This document shows positions 1-14,595 of a stretch of DNA of 64,000 bases, piece by piece (position 1 is the first letter of the stretch; the number at the start of each line of letters is the position of its first letter). Both the position numbers and the translations under genes were made by a program. The stretch lies in assembly GCF_009914755.1 (NCBI RefSeq), contig NC_060941.1. The stretch is one strand, 5' to 3'. Origin of the DNA: the human T2T-CHM13v2.0 reference genome, Homo sapiens. The notes under the pieces were generated by a model. It saw nothing but the letters and a program-made list of their open reading frames with translations. It had not been told where the DNA came from and ran no database searches.

Positions 1-996
1 TTAGTGCACAAAGGTGTATGGGAGTTTCCACTTCCAGGAGCAGCCCTCAGCCAATGACAGATGAGTGCTGGATACATACCCTTGCTTTCTTGTTCTCACG
101 TGGGATAATTCTGAGGCATGATTCATACCTTCTCTCAGATGTCCCTAATGGGGCTGAGTCCTGGGTGCCCACGGAGATATCCTGCTCATTAGTGTGCGCT
201 GTATCACTTTCTCCAACTCCTGTCTCACATCCTTCCCTACCAGTGCTTCCAGGGACCACTTGCCAAATAAGCCACAGGTATTCAAGGCCTTGTCACAAGA
301 TCTGATTCTGGGAAAATCTAACCTAAGATTCACATCTCTTAAGCACTGCCTTGGGGGACCCATGATTACTAAAAGTAATATTCATCTCAAAATTACTTAA
401 CATTTAAAATATATATACATATTCATTCAATGTCCAAGTAGAACAGAATTATTTTTTTCTCATAGTGTGTCAGACAGAGAGTAGACTGTGCACTGTTGTG
501 TGTTTCACTAATAAGTGCTGAAAGGAGATACTGACTTTTCTCAGGTTGAATGTTGTTCCACTTGATCTCTCTTTCTGCCACTGTTTCAAGTTACAGTAAA
601 TAGCTTTGACCCACAGTGGCTTACAAAAGGCACAAAAGAAAGCCTGCTCCAAAAGTGCCAGGAAAAGAAGCATAGTATAGGTTTTATGCAAATGCCAAGG
701 TGGCTCCAGTTTCCTTGAAGGAAATTAAGAAGGAATCAGAGTGGTATAAAATTTAGCAAGAAATAAGAGGCTGGTAGTCATGCTTTGACATGATGAAGGT
801 ATTATATGCATAGTTGTGGAATATAGGAACCTACAGCCAGAGCCATGTCTTGACTTTGGGGAATGTAAAGGGAAAAGAAAAGACTTTGCAACAGACTGAC
901 TATTAGGAGCACATTTCACAGGAGCCTATGCTATAGTAATCCCCCCAAATGAGGTTCCATTCCAAGAAATAGACCGCCTGCATTCAATGGAATAAA

Positions 997-1029
997 TGTG
1001 TGTGTGTGTGTGAGTGTGTGTGTGTGTGT
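997..1029. repeat. (TG)n microsatellite
   Basis: Interrupted TG dinucleotide run. Confidence 0.9.
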
Positions 1030-1441
1030 AAGTATCCATTCAGACAGAAAGTGTTCTATATCTGTATGTGCTGACATGGAATGAGGTATAACATAAGTGT
1101 TCATATGTCTATTTATTAGAAGCAAATTTTGTTTAAAAATAACCTTTTTACAGAAAAAATAGTGTTCAGTGGAATATGCTGGGTCCAAGCTCTTAGTAAT
1201 AAACATAAGAGAACTACTAGCTTGTGCATTCAACCTCCTTTATAATTCTGCCACCCTTACAACAAAGTTTTGGGCCATATCGTCAGCACAGGTTGCTTGT
1301 AGGAGATGAGGGTCTCTTTCAATGCTACCATGGATACTTTCTGACATTCTTACCATGCCCTGAATTCATCACTGGTTGACCTGCATCAGTTATTTTATTG
1401 TATATCAGTAAACAACATCCAGCTCTACAACCTTTAAAATT

Positions 1442-3074
<1,633 letters not shown>

Positions 3075-3582
3075 AACCTTTACAATTATGGCTGTGCCCA
3101 TATCTTTCACTTATTAGATCTACTGCATAAGCATGTGCACCCTCTTCTGCCTATTGTTCAATCCAAATAAACCACAGGGGAGAATCTTAGTAAATGTGAT
3201 TCCACAGTGTGATAACCCCTCCACTTAATGCCAGAAATAGAAACAAGTTCCTTGTTGTCATCTGGGTGGGGAGGGATCTAATTTCAGAAACCCATCCTAA
3301 GAGTCTACTTCATAATATCACTTCTTTTTATCAACTGTCATGGGCTGAGTTGCCCCCAGATCTTGAGCTGAGAGTCACAGTTATTTGCAAGGAGGATGCC
3401 ACTGGCATATACCCAACTGGTGAGTGCCCAGGTGGAATGGGTGGGCAATAGTATGCATATACTACAATTTCATTGACTATCCACCATTGGTCTTTATTTC
3501 CCACTTTTCACATTTGTAAAAAATTCTGCAAAAATTAACTGCATATGCATATCTTTGCACACTTTGTGCATATTCTTCACTG

Positions 3583-3734
3583 TTTTTTTAATTTGAGGTA
3601 TAATTGCTATACAAAAAAAAACACTAACAAACATGATTAAATGGATTTGGGCATATGGCTACACCTGTGATACCATCACCACAGTCATGGTAATGAACAT
3701 GTCAAAAAGTTTCCCAAAGATTTCTTGTGCCCTT

Positions 3735-3777
<43 letters not shown>

Positions 3778-4020
3778 ATTAAGAACACTGAACATGAAGT
3801 CTACCGTAACAAATTTTAAAGTGTACAATATCATATTGTTAACCATAAGCACTGTGTTGTGCAGCAGATGTCTAGAACTTATTCATCTTGTATAACTGAA
3901 ACTTTTTACCCATTGAGCAACAACTCCCCATTTTCCCCTCCTCCCAGCCCCTGGCAACCACCATTCTATTTTCTGCTCCTCTAAGTTTGACTATTTTAGA
4001 TACCTTATATAAGTGGAATA
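3583..4020 (-). mobile_element. Old L1 (L1MA/L1MB-type) 3' end with internal (TG)n at 3735-3777
   Basis: Antisense 3'UTR motifs gaacttattcatcttgtataactgaaac, cccagcccctggcaaccaccattct. Confidence 0.8.
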
Positions 4021-4189
4021 TTTTACAGAATAGATTCTTAAAAGTGGAAGGTTAGCTTGAAGGACTACACATAATTTTAGATCTGGCAGTATGGTCAAAT
4101 CAACCTCCAAAATTATATATTTTTACACTCCTTGTGTATGAGGATTCTTCTATCATCACCAACGCTGGGCATAAGTTGGGCTCACAGGG

Positions 4190-4690
4190 TGGACATTTGG
4201 TTAAAAGAGTCTGTGTTTCAGGAGAGAAAGCTGGGCTGGAGGCAGAGATCTAATAGCTGTCAGAATATAGATGTCAATTAAAGTCATAGAAGCACCTGAG
4301 CTCACTCAGGAAAAAAATATGTAAATTGAGAATTCAACCGTGCAGAGAATGAAAGAAAGGAACTCTTAGGGACGTTAACATTTAAGGTATGGATGCAGGT
4401 GAGGAGAAAATAAAATGATGAATGTCAGAGAGGCGGTCAAGGAGAATGCTGTGTCCAAGAAGCCAAGGGAAGAAGGTGTTTTAAGAAGGAGAATGCAATG
4501 AAATGCTGGTGAGAGTGGAGCACCCAGTGGATTTAGCCACACGGAGAGCAATGGCAACCTTGGTGAAATCAGTGCGGTAAAGTGGTAGAGAAGGAGGGGA
4601 TACCACTGTGGAATGAGTGTAAAGGAAGGGAGTAAAAGTGGTGAGGACCAAGAGCTTTCCATGATGTTTGTGAGCCAAGTGGAGGAGAAA
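4190..4690 (-). mobile_element. L2 fragment
   Basis: Typical antisense L2 motifs (gggctggaggcagagat, agaagccaagggaagaaggtgtttt, ggatttagcc). Confidence 0.75.
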
Positions 4691-4919
4691 GTCAGGGTGG
4701 TAGTCAGGGAGGATGTTGAGTCAATGAAAGGCTTTTCTGGGAGAAGTGGATGGAAAGGAGTTTCCAAAAGTAGTATATTCTGCATGTTATCCTTCAAATA
4801 CAAAATAAGGGCATATATCATGTAATGTTTAAATTACGATGACTCCTGCCCCACACCACCACACTCCTGTTTCTGCACAGAGATCAGGAAATCCAGCCCT
4901 TCTTCTAGAGTTCCCCTCC

Positions 4920-5261
4920 TGTCTTAGTCCTTTTGGACTGTAGACTGGGTGGATCATAAACAACAGAAATTTATTTCTCACAGCTCTGGAGACTGGGAAG
5001 TCCAAGATGAAGGTCGTGGCAGATCTGGTCTGATGAGGACCCACTTCCTAGTTCATGGATGGCCTACTCTGTGTCCACACATGATGGAAAGGGCAAAGGA
5101 CATCTCTTGGTTTCTTTGATAAGGGCACTAATCCCTTTCATGAGAACACCACCCTCATGACCTAATCATCTCCCTAAGACCCCACTTTCAAATACCATTA
5201 CTTGGGGGTTAGGGTTTTCACATGTGAATTTTGGGGCAACACAAACATCCAGACCATAATG
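4920..5261 (-). mobile_element. MaLR solo LTR (MLT1A0-like)
   Basis: tgtcttagtcc...cagaccata termini; 5-bp TSD cctcc at 4915-4919 and 5262-5266. Confidence 0.9.
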
Positions 5262-5677
5262 CCTCCCTAAGCCTTCCTATAGACAGCCAGGGATTTTTCC
5301 GTTGGTCCTGTTTCCTCTACAGAAATTCTCATGCACCGCTTTGTAATTCAACACTGTCCCTGAAACCATGAGTGTGGGATGCAAGTCTTCATTCACGCAA
5401 GCTGTCGGTACGGTGATAGTGTCTGTTCTGCAGAGGATTCCTCACCCCACAGAGATTCCTCATATCAGGAGAATCCTTCCTTTGTGATCTGTCCTCTGAT
5501 CACTGCTCCAGGCCAAAGTTAGGTTCACAAAATCAAACTCCTCCAGACCTGATATTTCCATACATTTATTCAACAAACAAATGTTGAGTGCCTACTGTGT
5601 GCACAACTATTTCCTTGAGTTTGCCCAGTGTCAAGGTTGCTTAGGTCAGGAGAGGTTCTAGCACCAGGCCACCTGTA

Positions 5678-6267
5678 CAGCAGGTCCTTGAATCATGTCA
5701 TTTCATTTAACTTTGTTTTGTTATAATAAAAACAATTGCTTCCTAACCAGAGCCACTGCCTGTGTGGCATCTGACGTTCCTTCCATGTCCTCGTGGGTTT
5801 TCTGTGGATAATCTGGCTTCTTCCCACATCCCAGAGATGGGCACATTGGGTGAATTGGTGTGTCCTTATTGCTCCAGTGTGAGGGTGTGTGTGTGAGTGT
5901 GTGAGTGTGTCCTGTGACGGGATGGTGTCCTGTCCAGGTATCAGTTCCCCACCTTATACCCTGAGCTGACTGGACAGGCTCTGGCCACCTGAGCCCCTGA
6001 ACTGGAATAATTGGGTGAGTAATTACGTTATTTGTTTTTATTAATCTTTCTTAAGTATATGTGTAGCTCACATTTGTTTCCATGTTCAAATTTCAAGTGT
6101 TTTGGTCTTTATTTAGAAGTTTGGTGATGTTTGATGACCAGAAATATGCCATAGGAATTTTTGTTTGTATGGATCAGTCTATGGTAAAATTGGTTTCATT
6201 ATACATCGTTTCACTTCAAGCCACAGTTTCCAAGAACCTGTCAATGATGTTAAGCGAGCACTTACTG
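5678..6267 (+). mobile_element. MER6A (TcMar-Tigger DNA transposon)
   Basis: TA + cagcaggtccttgaat at left, gttaagcgagcacttactg at right (TIRs); internal gtgggttttc...ttcccacatccc segment. Confidence 0.85.
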
Positions 6268-6430
6268 AATCCAGATATTCATGTTCCCAGAATCAGCCTG
6301 CATGTGCAGTCTGGGTCACCAGCCCTGGCTTTCAGCACACCTGATCACGCACTCACGGGTCTTGTGCTATCTGTGGATGCTTTCATGCCACGAGAGCAAA
6401 GTAGAGTAGTCATTTCTAACCCAGACTGTT

Positions 6431-6720
6431 TATATTAGTCTGCTCTCATACTGCTAATAAAGACATGCCCAAGACTGGGTACTTTATAAAGGAAAGAGGT
6501 TTAATGGACTCACAGTTCCACATGGCTGGGGAGGCCTCACAATCATGGCAGAAGGCAAAGGAGGAGCAAAGTCATGTCTTACATGACAGCAGGCAAGAGA
6601 GGTTGTGCAGGGGAACTCCCATTTATAAAACACCAGATCTTGTGAGACTTATTCACTACGACGAAAACAGTATTACAATTCAAGGTGAAATTTGGGTGGG
6701 GACACAGCCAAACCAAATCA
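6431..6720 (-). mobile_element. THE1 (THE1C-like) solo LTR with internal deletion
   Basis: ctaataaagacatgcccaagactgggt...gggtggggacacagccaaacc; about 60 bp missing after gaaaacagtat. Confidence 0.88.
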
Positions 6721-7169
6721 CCGTCTGACATGTTTCAACAACTTTGAACCTCCATGAGAAGGTTTGGGGTTGATGCTCATCACTTCTCTCCCAGAAAAGA
6801 CCTTTTCCTTCAAGGGCAAAATGTACCCAACCTAAAGCCAGATCTCAGGTCCTAATTCAGTCAAAGTGCATGTGTACACTGATCCTTCATCTACCCTGTG
6901 TAGCATAGGTGAATATAAGTTTGGTTTTTGTGCAACTAAACCTCATTTTGATGGTTTTAGCAAAGCAAGGACATCATCTGAGTAAGAAGTTGTCTTTCCT
7001 ACACCTGTTTGGAAGGTCCATTCCCACATTATGTCTGGTTCTTATGATGGGTCCAGCATGTTCATCGGGGAAGGTGAGTGTTGACTTCCTTTTAAATGGC
7101 AAGAGGTACAGGGCCCTGCCTGAGCAGCACTCGTGTGTCTACTTCCCTCAGCTGATGATTGTCCTGGAG

Positions 7170-7275
7170 GTCCCTCCCCCTCCCTACCTCTGGAGTCCCC
7201 CTTCACCTTCCTCTTTCCTTCCTCCTGGGAGCCCCTCCTCTTCTCTCCCTCCTGACATCCCTCCTCCTCCCTCCT
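7170..7275. repeat. Pyrimidine-rich low-complexity (CCT-like) tract
   Basis: Repeated cctcct/ccttcc motifs. Confidence 0.7.
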
Positions 7276-8109
7276 GGATGTTTTCTGTCTGCAAGCTAAG
7301 GAAGCATCTGACCCTAATATTGTCAGGGACCTCTTCTTGCAGCTGACTCTCCACTTCCTGATTTTCTAGCATCTCCTACCCTATCCAAACAATCTTTACC
7401 TTCTTCATCACCAGAGTCAGACTGTAGGCCTGATTTTAAACTTTAAGGAAACAATTTTTTTCTTCATCCTAATAGCAAATAAGAAGCATGTGGTATGTCT
7501 TTTCCTAAATCATTACCAATTTCCCCCAAAGAAGTTACATTTTGAAATTCGGTGATGTGTCTTCTAATCATAACAGTCCTTTGAAGTGGCCAAGGAGTAA
7601 AGTTCTAGTGGCACAGTCACTGAGTAGCCTATCCTGACCCCCTCCGCCATTACTTTCCCCTCCTCCAGGAAGCCTTCCTCAGTGCCCTCCTTTTCTGGGC
7701 TTTCAGGATCCCTTGAGCATACCTGTATGAGTGGATTCATCAAATTGTATTATAAGTATTTATGAAGTTTTCTGTCCTTCCTAAGTTTTCAATTTTTTTG
7801 AGAATAGAAGTCTTCCTGTAAGAATACTTTATAGCCTTGGGGCCTAGAGTTTGCCTGCATAGATAAATGGATGTGATGAATTAATGGATGGATAGAGTAG
7901 GAATTTTGCAGAGAAATGAGAAGCCTCAGTGCCCTGTGAGTACTTCCACCTGCCCATGTCCACTGACTATCTCAGATGTGGAGCTAAGCCAGGGTAATAC
8001 ACATGCCATCATATTTTTAAACATCTTTATCACATATATATTGCTTTGTAATTCCAAATAGTACAAAGGATGTACAATGAACAGTTTGCCTCTCTTCCAT
8101 CCCTGTCTC

Positions 8110-8172
8110 CAAATTCCCTAATTTCCCCCTGAGGTGGAACCAAGTTCTCTAATTTCCCTCCTGAGGTGGAAC
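8110..8172. repeat. ~31-bp direct tandem duplication
   Basis: caaattccctaatttccccctgaggtggaac followed by caagttctctaatttccctcctgaggtggaac. Confidence 0.85.
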
Positions 8173-10091
8173 CACCATTAACTCCTTCTATAGATCATCT
8201 CTGAGCTGATCCATGCATGTAGCTGCATGTGTTAATTCCATAATCCTCTGCTCCTCTGCAGGATCCTGCCTCAGATCCCTGTGATTCTTAGCATGGCCTT
8301 TGGCTAACTGAATTGTCCTGAGAGTGAGGAGGAATGAGGCAGTGCATGCGAGGAAACTGAGGGTCGGGAATAGCACTGTGCCAGAAAATAGAAGGCAAAA
8401 TCACCTGCATCCTAGATCAGGCAAAAACAAAGTCTGCATAAACTGCTCTGTAACATGGAGCTTGATATGGACATTCTAAACTTCCTACCTCCACTCCACC
8501 TGCGGTATTCACTCCTTTTATATTACCAACCTTTGCTTTTCCTAGTGGTGACTATAATTACATAGATCCAGCTTTGAGGTGAACCAGTCAGACTCTGTGG
8601 CTCCTCCCTTTACAACAGAAGCCCTGTGTTCACCTCAAGACCTCCCCTGGACAGTCCCAAGGAGACCCTCACCCACACCAATCTCCTCCACCAATTCTGT
8701 CACCAGACAGACATCTTGATTTGTCTGAGCTCCAGTACGATTTGCAAAAAGCTGTGATTTTGTAGGAGTTGAGGCTGTGAAGCAGCCATTGTTTACTGGA
8801 TTAGAGCCTTGGCATTCCAAATCACACCCAGCCCTGGGCTTCAGGAGCATGAAGAAACCCTATTTACTAGCATTCAGTGGGCCTCTGGGTGTTATTTCAG
8901 ATGCAGAATAATTAGCAATATGCCCAAGAAGCAACAAAGCCTTGAATGGTATTTAGTGACAATTATTCAGCCAAACCATTGCTTACTATTATAGGGGCTT
9001 ATTAGCACCAAATTGTTTCGATAGGAAGTGGCATCAGCAATAAAAATAATGGCTGCAGCTTGCTGTGCAATCTCAGAGTCAGCAGAAAGGGGCTGAAATG
9101 TGTGCATGTCTCTTTTACATCCCCCAGGAATTCGGGGGACCCACTGAGATGTGTTGGCAGTGACAGGAACTGACTCAGGTGGCTCAGGGTAGAGAGCAGG
9201 CAGGCTGCTTAGTGCCAAATCACTTGCTCCTTCCTCTTAGGCTTTATTTATGCATGGAGTAGAGGGTGTGGGGAGCAGACTTCTCTGTGCACCTTTGCTC
9301 AGCTCCCCTCTGGGGCCAGGTGTAGGACACCAAGGGACATACTGGTATCCTCTGCTCTGTCTTTATATCTATACCCCTGAAAACTAGAACTCAAGAGCTG
9401 GAAGGGGCTTTTAGAGCAAAAGGCTGCATTTTACAGACCAAAATAATCAGTGCTCAGAGATATTATTTAATTTATATAAGGTCACACATGAGGGCTGAGA
9501 CAAGTATCCAGATGGACTGGGTATATCCTTTTTCTATACCTTTCACACATCCTGGATTGCATTTTATAATCTCTTTTACTAAGATAGACAGTGCATAGTC
9601 AAGTCCACAAGTCAGCACTTCAGGTTGAAAATGACAAATGATTTGAATGCTTGTGATGGAATTTCAGTGAACACAGAACAAGTAACTTGTAGTTTACACA
9701 TTACTCAATGAACTTGGCTCAGATCCAATTATTTCCATCTTCTCCAATGTGCATTTAATCTTCCATGTTTGAGCTGTTAGGTGAATTTTAATGTTCATGC
9801 CTAATCCAAGATTTGTGCTTCTTTCAGGGTATGGGAATTACTGGGGAAACCAGGCCCCTCTCTTACCTTTGTAGCTTACAAGACTCATCTTGGGAGTAAT
9901 GAAAAAGTACTACAGTTTACAGTAAAAGATTTGAGATTACATAAATAAAAACATTTAATAAGCAGATCAAACGTAATAGGTATAGGTGTAAATCTTACTA
10001 TTTTTGTTCAAAAGAATCAATGCAAACATAAAAAGGGAAGTCATAAGACTGAATATTTAGATATTTTGGTAATAAGTGCTATGTGAGCCAA

Positions 10092-10761
10092 TGTTTTAGT
10101 CTGCTTGGGTTGCTATAACCAAGTACCATAGACTGTGTGGCTTAAACAAGAGAAGTTTACTTCTCACAGTTTTGGAAGCTGAATGTTCGACATCAGAGCA
10201 TCATAGTGACAGCATGGTTGGGGTTCTGGTGAGGGCTGTCCTTCAGGTTTACAGACGGCCACCTTCTTCTTTTTTTTTTTTTTTTTGGAGTCTTGCACTG
10301 TTGCCAGGCTGGAGTGCAGTTGTGCGATCTCAGCTCAGCTCACTGCAATCTCCGCCTCCCAGGTTCAAGCGATTCTCCCGCCTCAGCCTCCCGAGTATAG
10401 GCACGTGCCACCATACCCAGCTAATTTCTGTATTTTTAGTAGAGACGGGGTTTCACCATGTTGGCCAGGATGGTCTCGATCTCTTGACCTCGCGATCTAC
10501 CCACCTCGGCCTCCCAAAGTGTTGGAATTACAGGCGTGAGCCACCATGCCTGACCGATGGCCACCTTCTTGCTGTGTCCTCACATTGTCTTTCCTTGGTT
10601 CATGCATTTAGCCATATATTTTCTTCTTATAAGGGCAGTAATCCTATCATGAGATCGGGAGGGACTCCTACCCTCATGGCCTCATCTCCAAATACCATCA
10701 CATTGGTGGTTAGGGCTGCAACATATGAATGTTGGAGAGATACAACATTTAGTCCATAGCA
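10092..10761 (-). mobile_element. MLT1A-type MaLR LTR interrupted by an Alu
   Basis: tgttttagtctgcttgggttgctataac...ttagtccatagca. Confidence 0.85.
10269..10555 (-). mobile_element. AluSc-like SINE
   Basis: Full dimer; TSD ga(c/t)ggccaccttctt at 10254-10268 and 10556-10570. Confidence 0.95.
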
Positions 10762-10964
10762 GTCAGCATTGCCAGATAAAATAACACTTCAAAAGGCCAA
10801 ATGTAAGCTTTTGTTAAATTTTTAAAAATATGGTATAGGAAATGATAGGCCACTTCAACCTTTCGGAGACCGTTTATATCTGGAGCAAATAGCTCCTTCT
10901 CTTCATGGGGCCTTTGCTGGAATCATATTTTGTGGGGAAGATCACGCCCCCAAAAGTTAGTTAC

Positions 10965-11047
10965 CGAGTGTTAATTGAAGAGTGATGGGGTTCATAAATT
11001 TGGAAGGAAGAGCTGTATTTCTCATAAAAGGTTGCAGCCTGCAGGGT
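10965..11047 (-). mobile_element. ERV1-type LTR terminal fragment (subfamily unsure)
   Basis: ggggttcataaatttggaag...tttctcataaaaggttgcagcctgcagggtggcc resembles an ERV1 LTR end; cut off by the Alu. Confidence 0.5.
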
Positions 11048-11397
11048 GGCCAGGTGTGGTGGCTCACACCTGTAATTCCAGCACTTTGGGAGGCCAAGGC
11101 TGGCAGATCACTTGAGGTCAGAAGTTTGAGACCAGCCTGGCCCAACATGGTGAAACCCCGTGTCTACTAAAAATACAAAAATTAGCTGAGTATGTTGGTG
11201 CACGCCTGTAGTCCCAGCTATTAAAATACAAAAAATTAGCTGGGCATGGTGGTGGGTGCCTGTAATCCCAGCCACTCAGGAGGCTGAGGCAGGAGAATCG
11301 CTTGATCCCGGGAGGAGGAAGTTGCTGTGAGCCTAGATCACGCCACTGCACTGCAGCCTGGGCGACAGAGTGAGACTGCGTCTGAAAAGAAAAAAAA
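11048..11397 (+). mobile_element. Chimeric AluS with a repeated linker/right-arm start
   Basis: Two aaaatacaaaa...tagctg...cctgta(g/a)tcccagc segments at 11169-11220 and 11223-11273; no TSD. Confidence 0.9.
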
Positions 11398-11622
11398 TTG
11401 TATTTCAAAATCTAATAAAAATAACACAAGGAAAGACCAAGCTTACTTGTGATGATCAATGGAGAAAATCTTCACCAAAATATTATAAAAAATAAATTAG
11501 CAAAATATCGAATGAATGGCCTACCATTACCAAGTGACTTTCAAATGACTTTTAGCATCTATTAGGTTCATATAGTGTTTCTAACCAAGTAGGTTTTTTT
11601 CCCCCAGTGAGTGTAAAGATGT

Positions 11623-12050
11623 TGTTATGGCCGGAATTTTGTCTCCAAAAAGGTGTTCTAGTGCCTATAGAGTCTATGGAAATAGAGTCTATGTGATATT
11701 AAGTTAAGATGAGGTCATTAGAGTGGACCCTGATCTAATATGACTGGTGTCCTTAGGAAAAGGGAAATTTGGACACAGATATAGACATGCACACAGGGAG
11801 AACATCACATGATGATAAAGATAGAGATCAGGGTGATGCATCAACAAGCCAAGAAATGCCAAAGACTGCCAGTAAACCACCAGAAGTTAGGCTACAGGCA
11901 TGGAATAGATTCTCCCTCACTGCCCTCAGGACAGTGCTAGCATCTTGGTCTTAGATTTTTAGGCTTTAGAACTGTGAGACAGCACATTTTTGTTGTGTAA
12001 GGCATTCAGTTTATAGAACTTTGTTGTGATAGTCCCAGGAAACTAATACA
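11623..12050 (+). mobile_element. MLT1C-like MaLR LTR
   Basis: tgttatgg...aagttaagatgaggtcattagagtggaccct...ggaaactaataca. Confidence 0.88.
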
Positions 12051-12440
12051 GGTGGTTAAGAGAGAAGCACTACATGATCCTAATAGATGCTAAAAGTCAT
12101 CTGAAAACACTAGATCTTACTTCTTAATAAAGCAAGAAAAACAAACCCTTATGAAAATTGCGTAATAAATTATATAGCACAAATTAAAAGTTAGCACTTT
12201 ACTTGCTGGGGAATTTAGGAATGAAAGACAAAACTCCTAGGGCAAATACTATTTAGTACTCTTCTGCACTTCTTTTAGTACTAACCAATGCAATTAGATA
12301 AGAGAATTAAATCAGAGGAAGCAAAATTTTCTTATTTGCAGTTATAATTGTATACTATGTAAAAGCAAAAGAGCCAACTGACAAACTGTAATTATATAAA
12401 ATTGGAAAAGTTCAGTATGATAGCTGGTTAATTTATAAGA
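12051..12440 (+). mobile_element. Old L1M ORF2 remnant
   Basis: taatagatgctaaaa, gccaatgcaattagataagaga-like motifs; A-rich. Confidence 0.55.
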
Positions 12441-12639
12441 AATAGAGGACTCTTCTCTAAAGAACTAGAATATGATGCCTGAGAGTAGTGAGGGCAGGTA
12501 GAGCAGATGGCAGTGTATGGAGGGAGTGGATGGGGTTGAGTCATCCCAAATTTTGGCAATTGGGTTCACACCAAGATGCTCCCACCGCCAGCCTCTCCCA
12601 TTATATAATCCTAGTCAGCCTTCCCATCCGCGGCACAGA

Positions 12640-13600
12640 CCCAGTAGAAAATTAACCAAGATAAGCAACAGCATTAGATGAGTTCAAAAAATCAACTCGA
12701 TCCCTCATCTAGCAAACATATGATAGAAAATTGACATTAAAGAGAAAATCTAAGATGAACAAATAGAACAATTGGTGCCAGAAACTAGAGGACTTAAAAA
12801 CAAAAACAACAACAACAAAAAAAAAAAAAAAAAGAAGAAGAAGAAGAAGAAGAAGAAACTCTAACTAGTAACTGCATAGTAGTTTGGGAAGATATTTTAA
12901 CCATAAAACAGCAAGAAGATATTATATATTAAATGGTGCAAATAAAAAAATAAGAAAGTGCTTTGAAAGTAAGTGTGTGATGGCTAAAATTAAAAATTCT
13001 ATAAAGAGATGGAAGAAATTATTAAGGATATCTCACAGATCACAGAACAAGAAACCAAAGATGTAGAAATGCAAGTAAAAGGATAAGGAGCATGGGAAAT
13101 CAAATTAAGAGTCACAACTCTGAAGTAGAATCCTAGAAAGAAATTATAAAGAAAATGAAGGGGAGCAAAAAAACAGTAACAAAGAGGAAAAAAAGTTCCA
13201 TGGCTGAAAAGAGATGTGCTTGAAGATTCTAAAGGGCCTTCCCAATGCAGACTGGGATTTAAGAAAAAAAAAGTTCCATACTGAGACAACTCATGTAAAG
13301 TTCCAGAAATATCCACACCAACGCACATCATATGAAATTCCACAAAAACAAGGGGAAAGAGATAATCCTCAAAGACTTAAAAAAAAAAAAAAGAAAAGGA
13401 ATCATACACAAAGAGGCTAAAATTAGCCAGGCAAAAAACTTCTCATAGCAACACTAAATGCTGGAAGGCAAAGTTTTGGGAAAAATGATTTTGAACCTAA
13501 ATTCTATGATCAATTATATTATCAGACAAATCGAGATGGAGAGGGAAAAGACTCTGTAATTTTCAAGAACTTAAAATTTGCCTCCCATGATGCCTTTCTA
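12640..13600 (+). mobile_element. Old L1M ORF1-region remnant containing an A-rich/(GAA)n tract at 12795-12858
   Basis: ttctcatagcaacactaaatgctggaagg, aaaatgattttgaacctaaattctat motifs. Confidence 0.65.
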
Positions 13601-13613
13601 GGAAAGCTGAGTA

Positions 13614-13949
13614 TAGTTGGCCTTCAAGATTCATGGGACATTGGTTTTGGGGTCCCCCTCCAATGCCAAAATTTGGGGATGCACAAGTCCCTGCTATAAA
13701 ATGTCCCAGCATTTGCATATAAGCTATGTACATCCTCCCATATACTTTAAATCATCTCAAGATTACTTATAATACCTAATACAATTCAATGCTAGGTAAA
13801 TAGTTGTTGTACTATATTATTTAGGGAATAATGACAAGAAAAAATTCTATACATGTTCAGTACAGGTGCAATGTCTTTCTCCATATATTTTGGATCCAAT
13901 GTTCGTTGCATCTTCAGAGGTAGAACACTTGGGTATGGAGAGTCAACTA
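13614..13949. mobile_element. MER2 (TcMar-Tigger)
   Basis: caagtccctgctataaaatg...catatactttaaatcatctc...tttagggaataatgacaagaaaaa; degenerate TIRs. Confidence 0.85.
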
Positions 13950-13989
13950 TTTACCCCAGGAAAACATGAGTGGATGTCAAGAAAGACGG

Positions 13990-14173
13990 TCTTTGAACTG
14001 ATTGATTCAGGCCTACTCAGATCATCTAAGATGATCTCTCTTACATAAAGTCAACTGACTAGGAGCTTTAATCACATCTAAAAAATACCTTCATAGCAAC
14101 ACCTAGATTGGTGTTTGACTGCATAGCTGGGAATTCTAGGCTAGCCAAGGTGATACATAAAACTGACCATTAC
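13990..14173 (-). mobile_element. MLT2 (ERVL) LTR 5' fragment
   Basis: aaagtcaactgact...ctagccaaggtgatacataaaactgaccattaca. Confidence 0.8.
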
Positions 14174-14595
14174 AGTTTGTAAATAGGGAATTATAATCCT
14201 AGACCATTTTTTGGCTGTACAATGTAAATGACTTGCACAATCATAATATTATACACGTGTTTGGTTGTTTCTTCCACTTTCAAAATCAGCTTTTACACAA
14301 AAGACTGTTCATATATTTTTCATGGTATAATGTAAATGTCATCAACATTGTTAATGTAATGATATGGATGCAGATACAAAAGAACATCAAGATGTTTGGA
14401 GAAGGTTGGTTATTGTAGGAATAGCTAAGGGAAAAAACTGCAGATAACCTAAACATTCAATAGTTGGGAAATAGTTAAATTATGGAACATCCATATAATG
14501 GAATACCATGCTATGCGTAGGTTAAGAATATGACGTAGCTCTCTATTCTGATAGGATAATTTCAAATTATTAAGTGAAAGAGCACAGTACAGATC

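Noticed and set aside
4375-4821. 148-aa minus-strand ORF
   Set aside because: Lies in a decayed L2; no recognisable intact domain
6909-7346. 145-aa proline/serine-rich ORF
   Set aside because: Composition comes from a low-complexity CCT tract; GTG start; no family resemblance
10172-10759. 195-aa ORF
   Set aside because: Read-through of an MLT1 LTR and an antisense Alu
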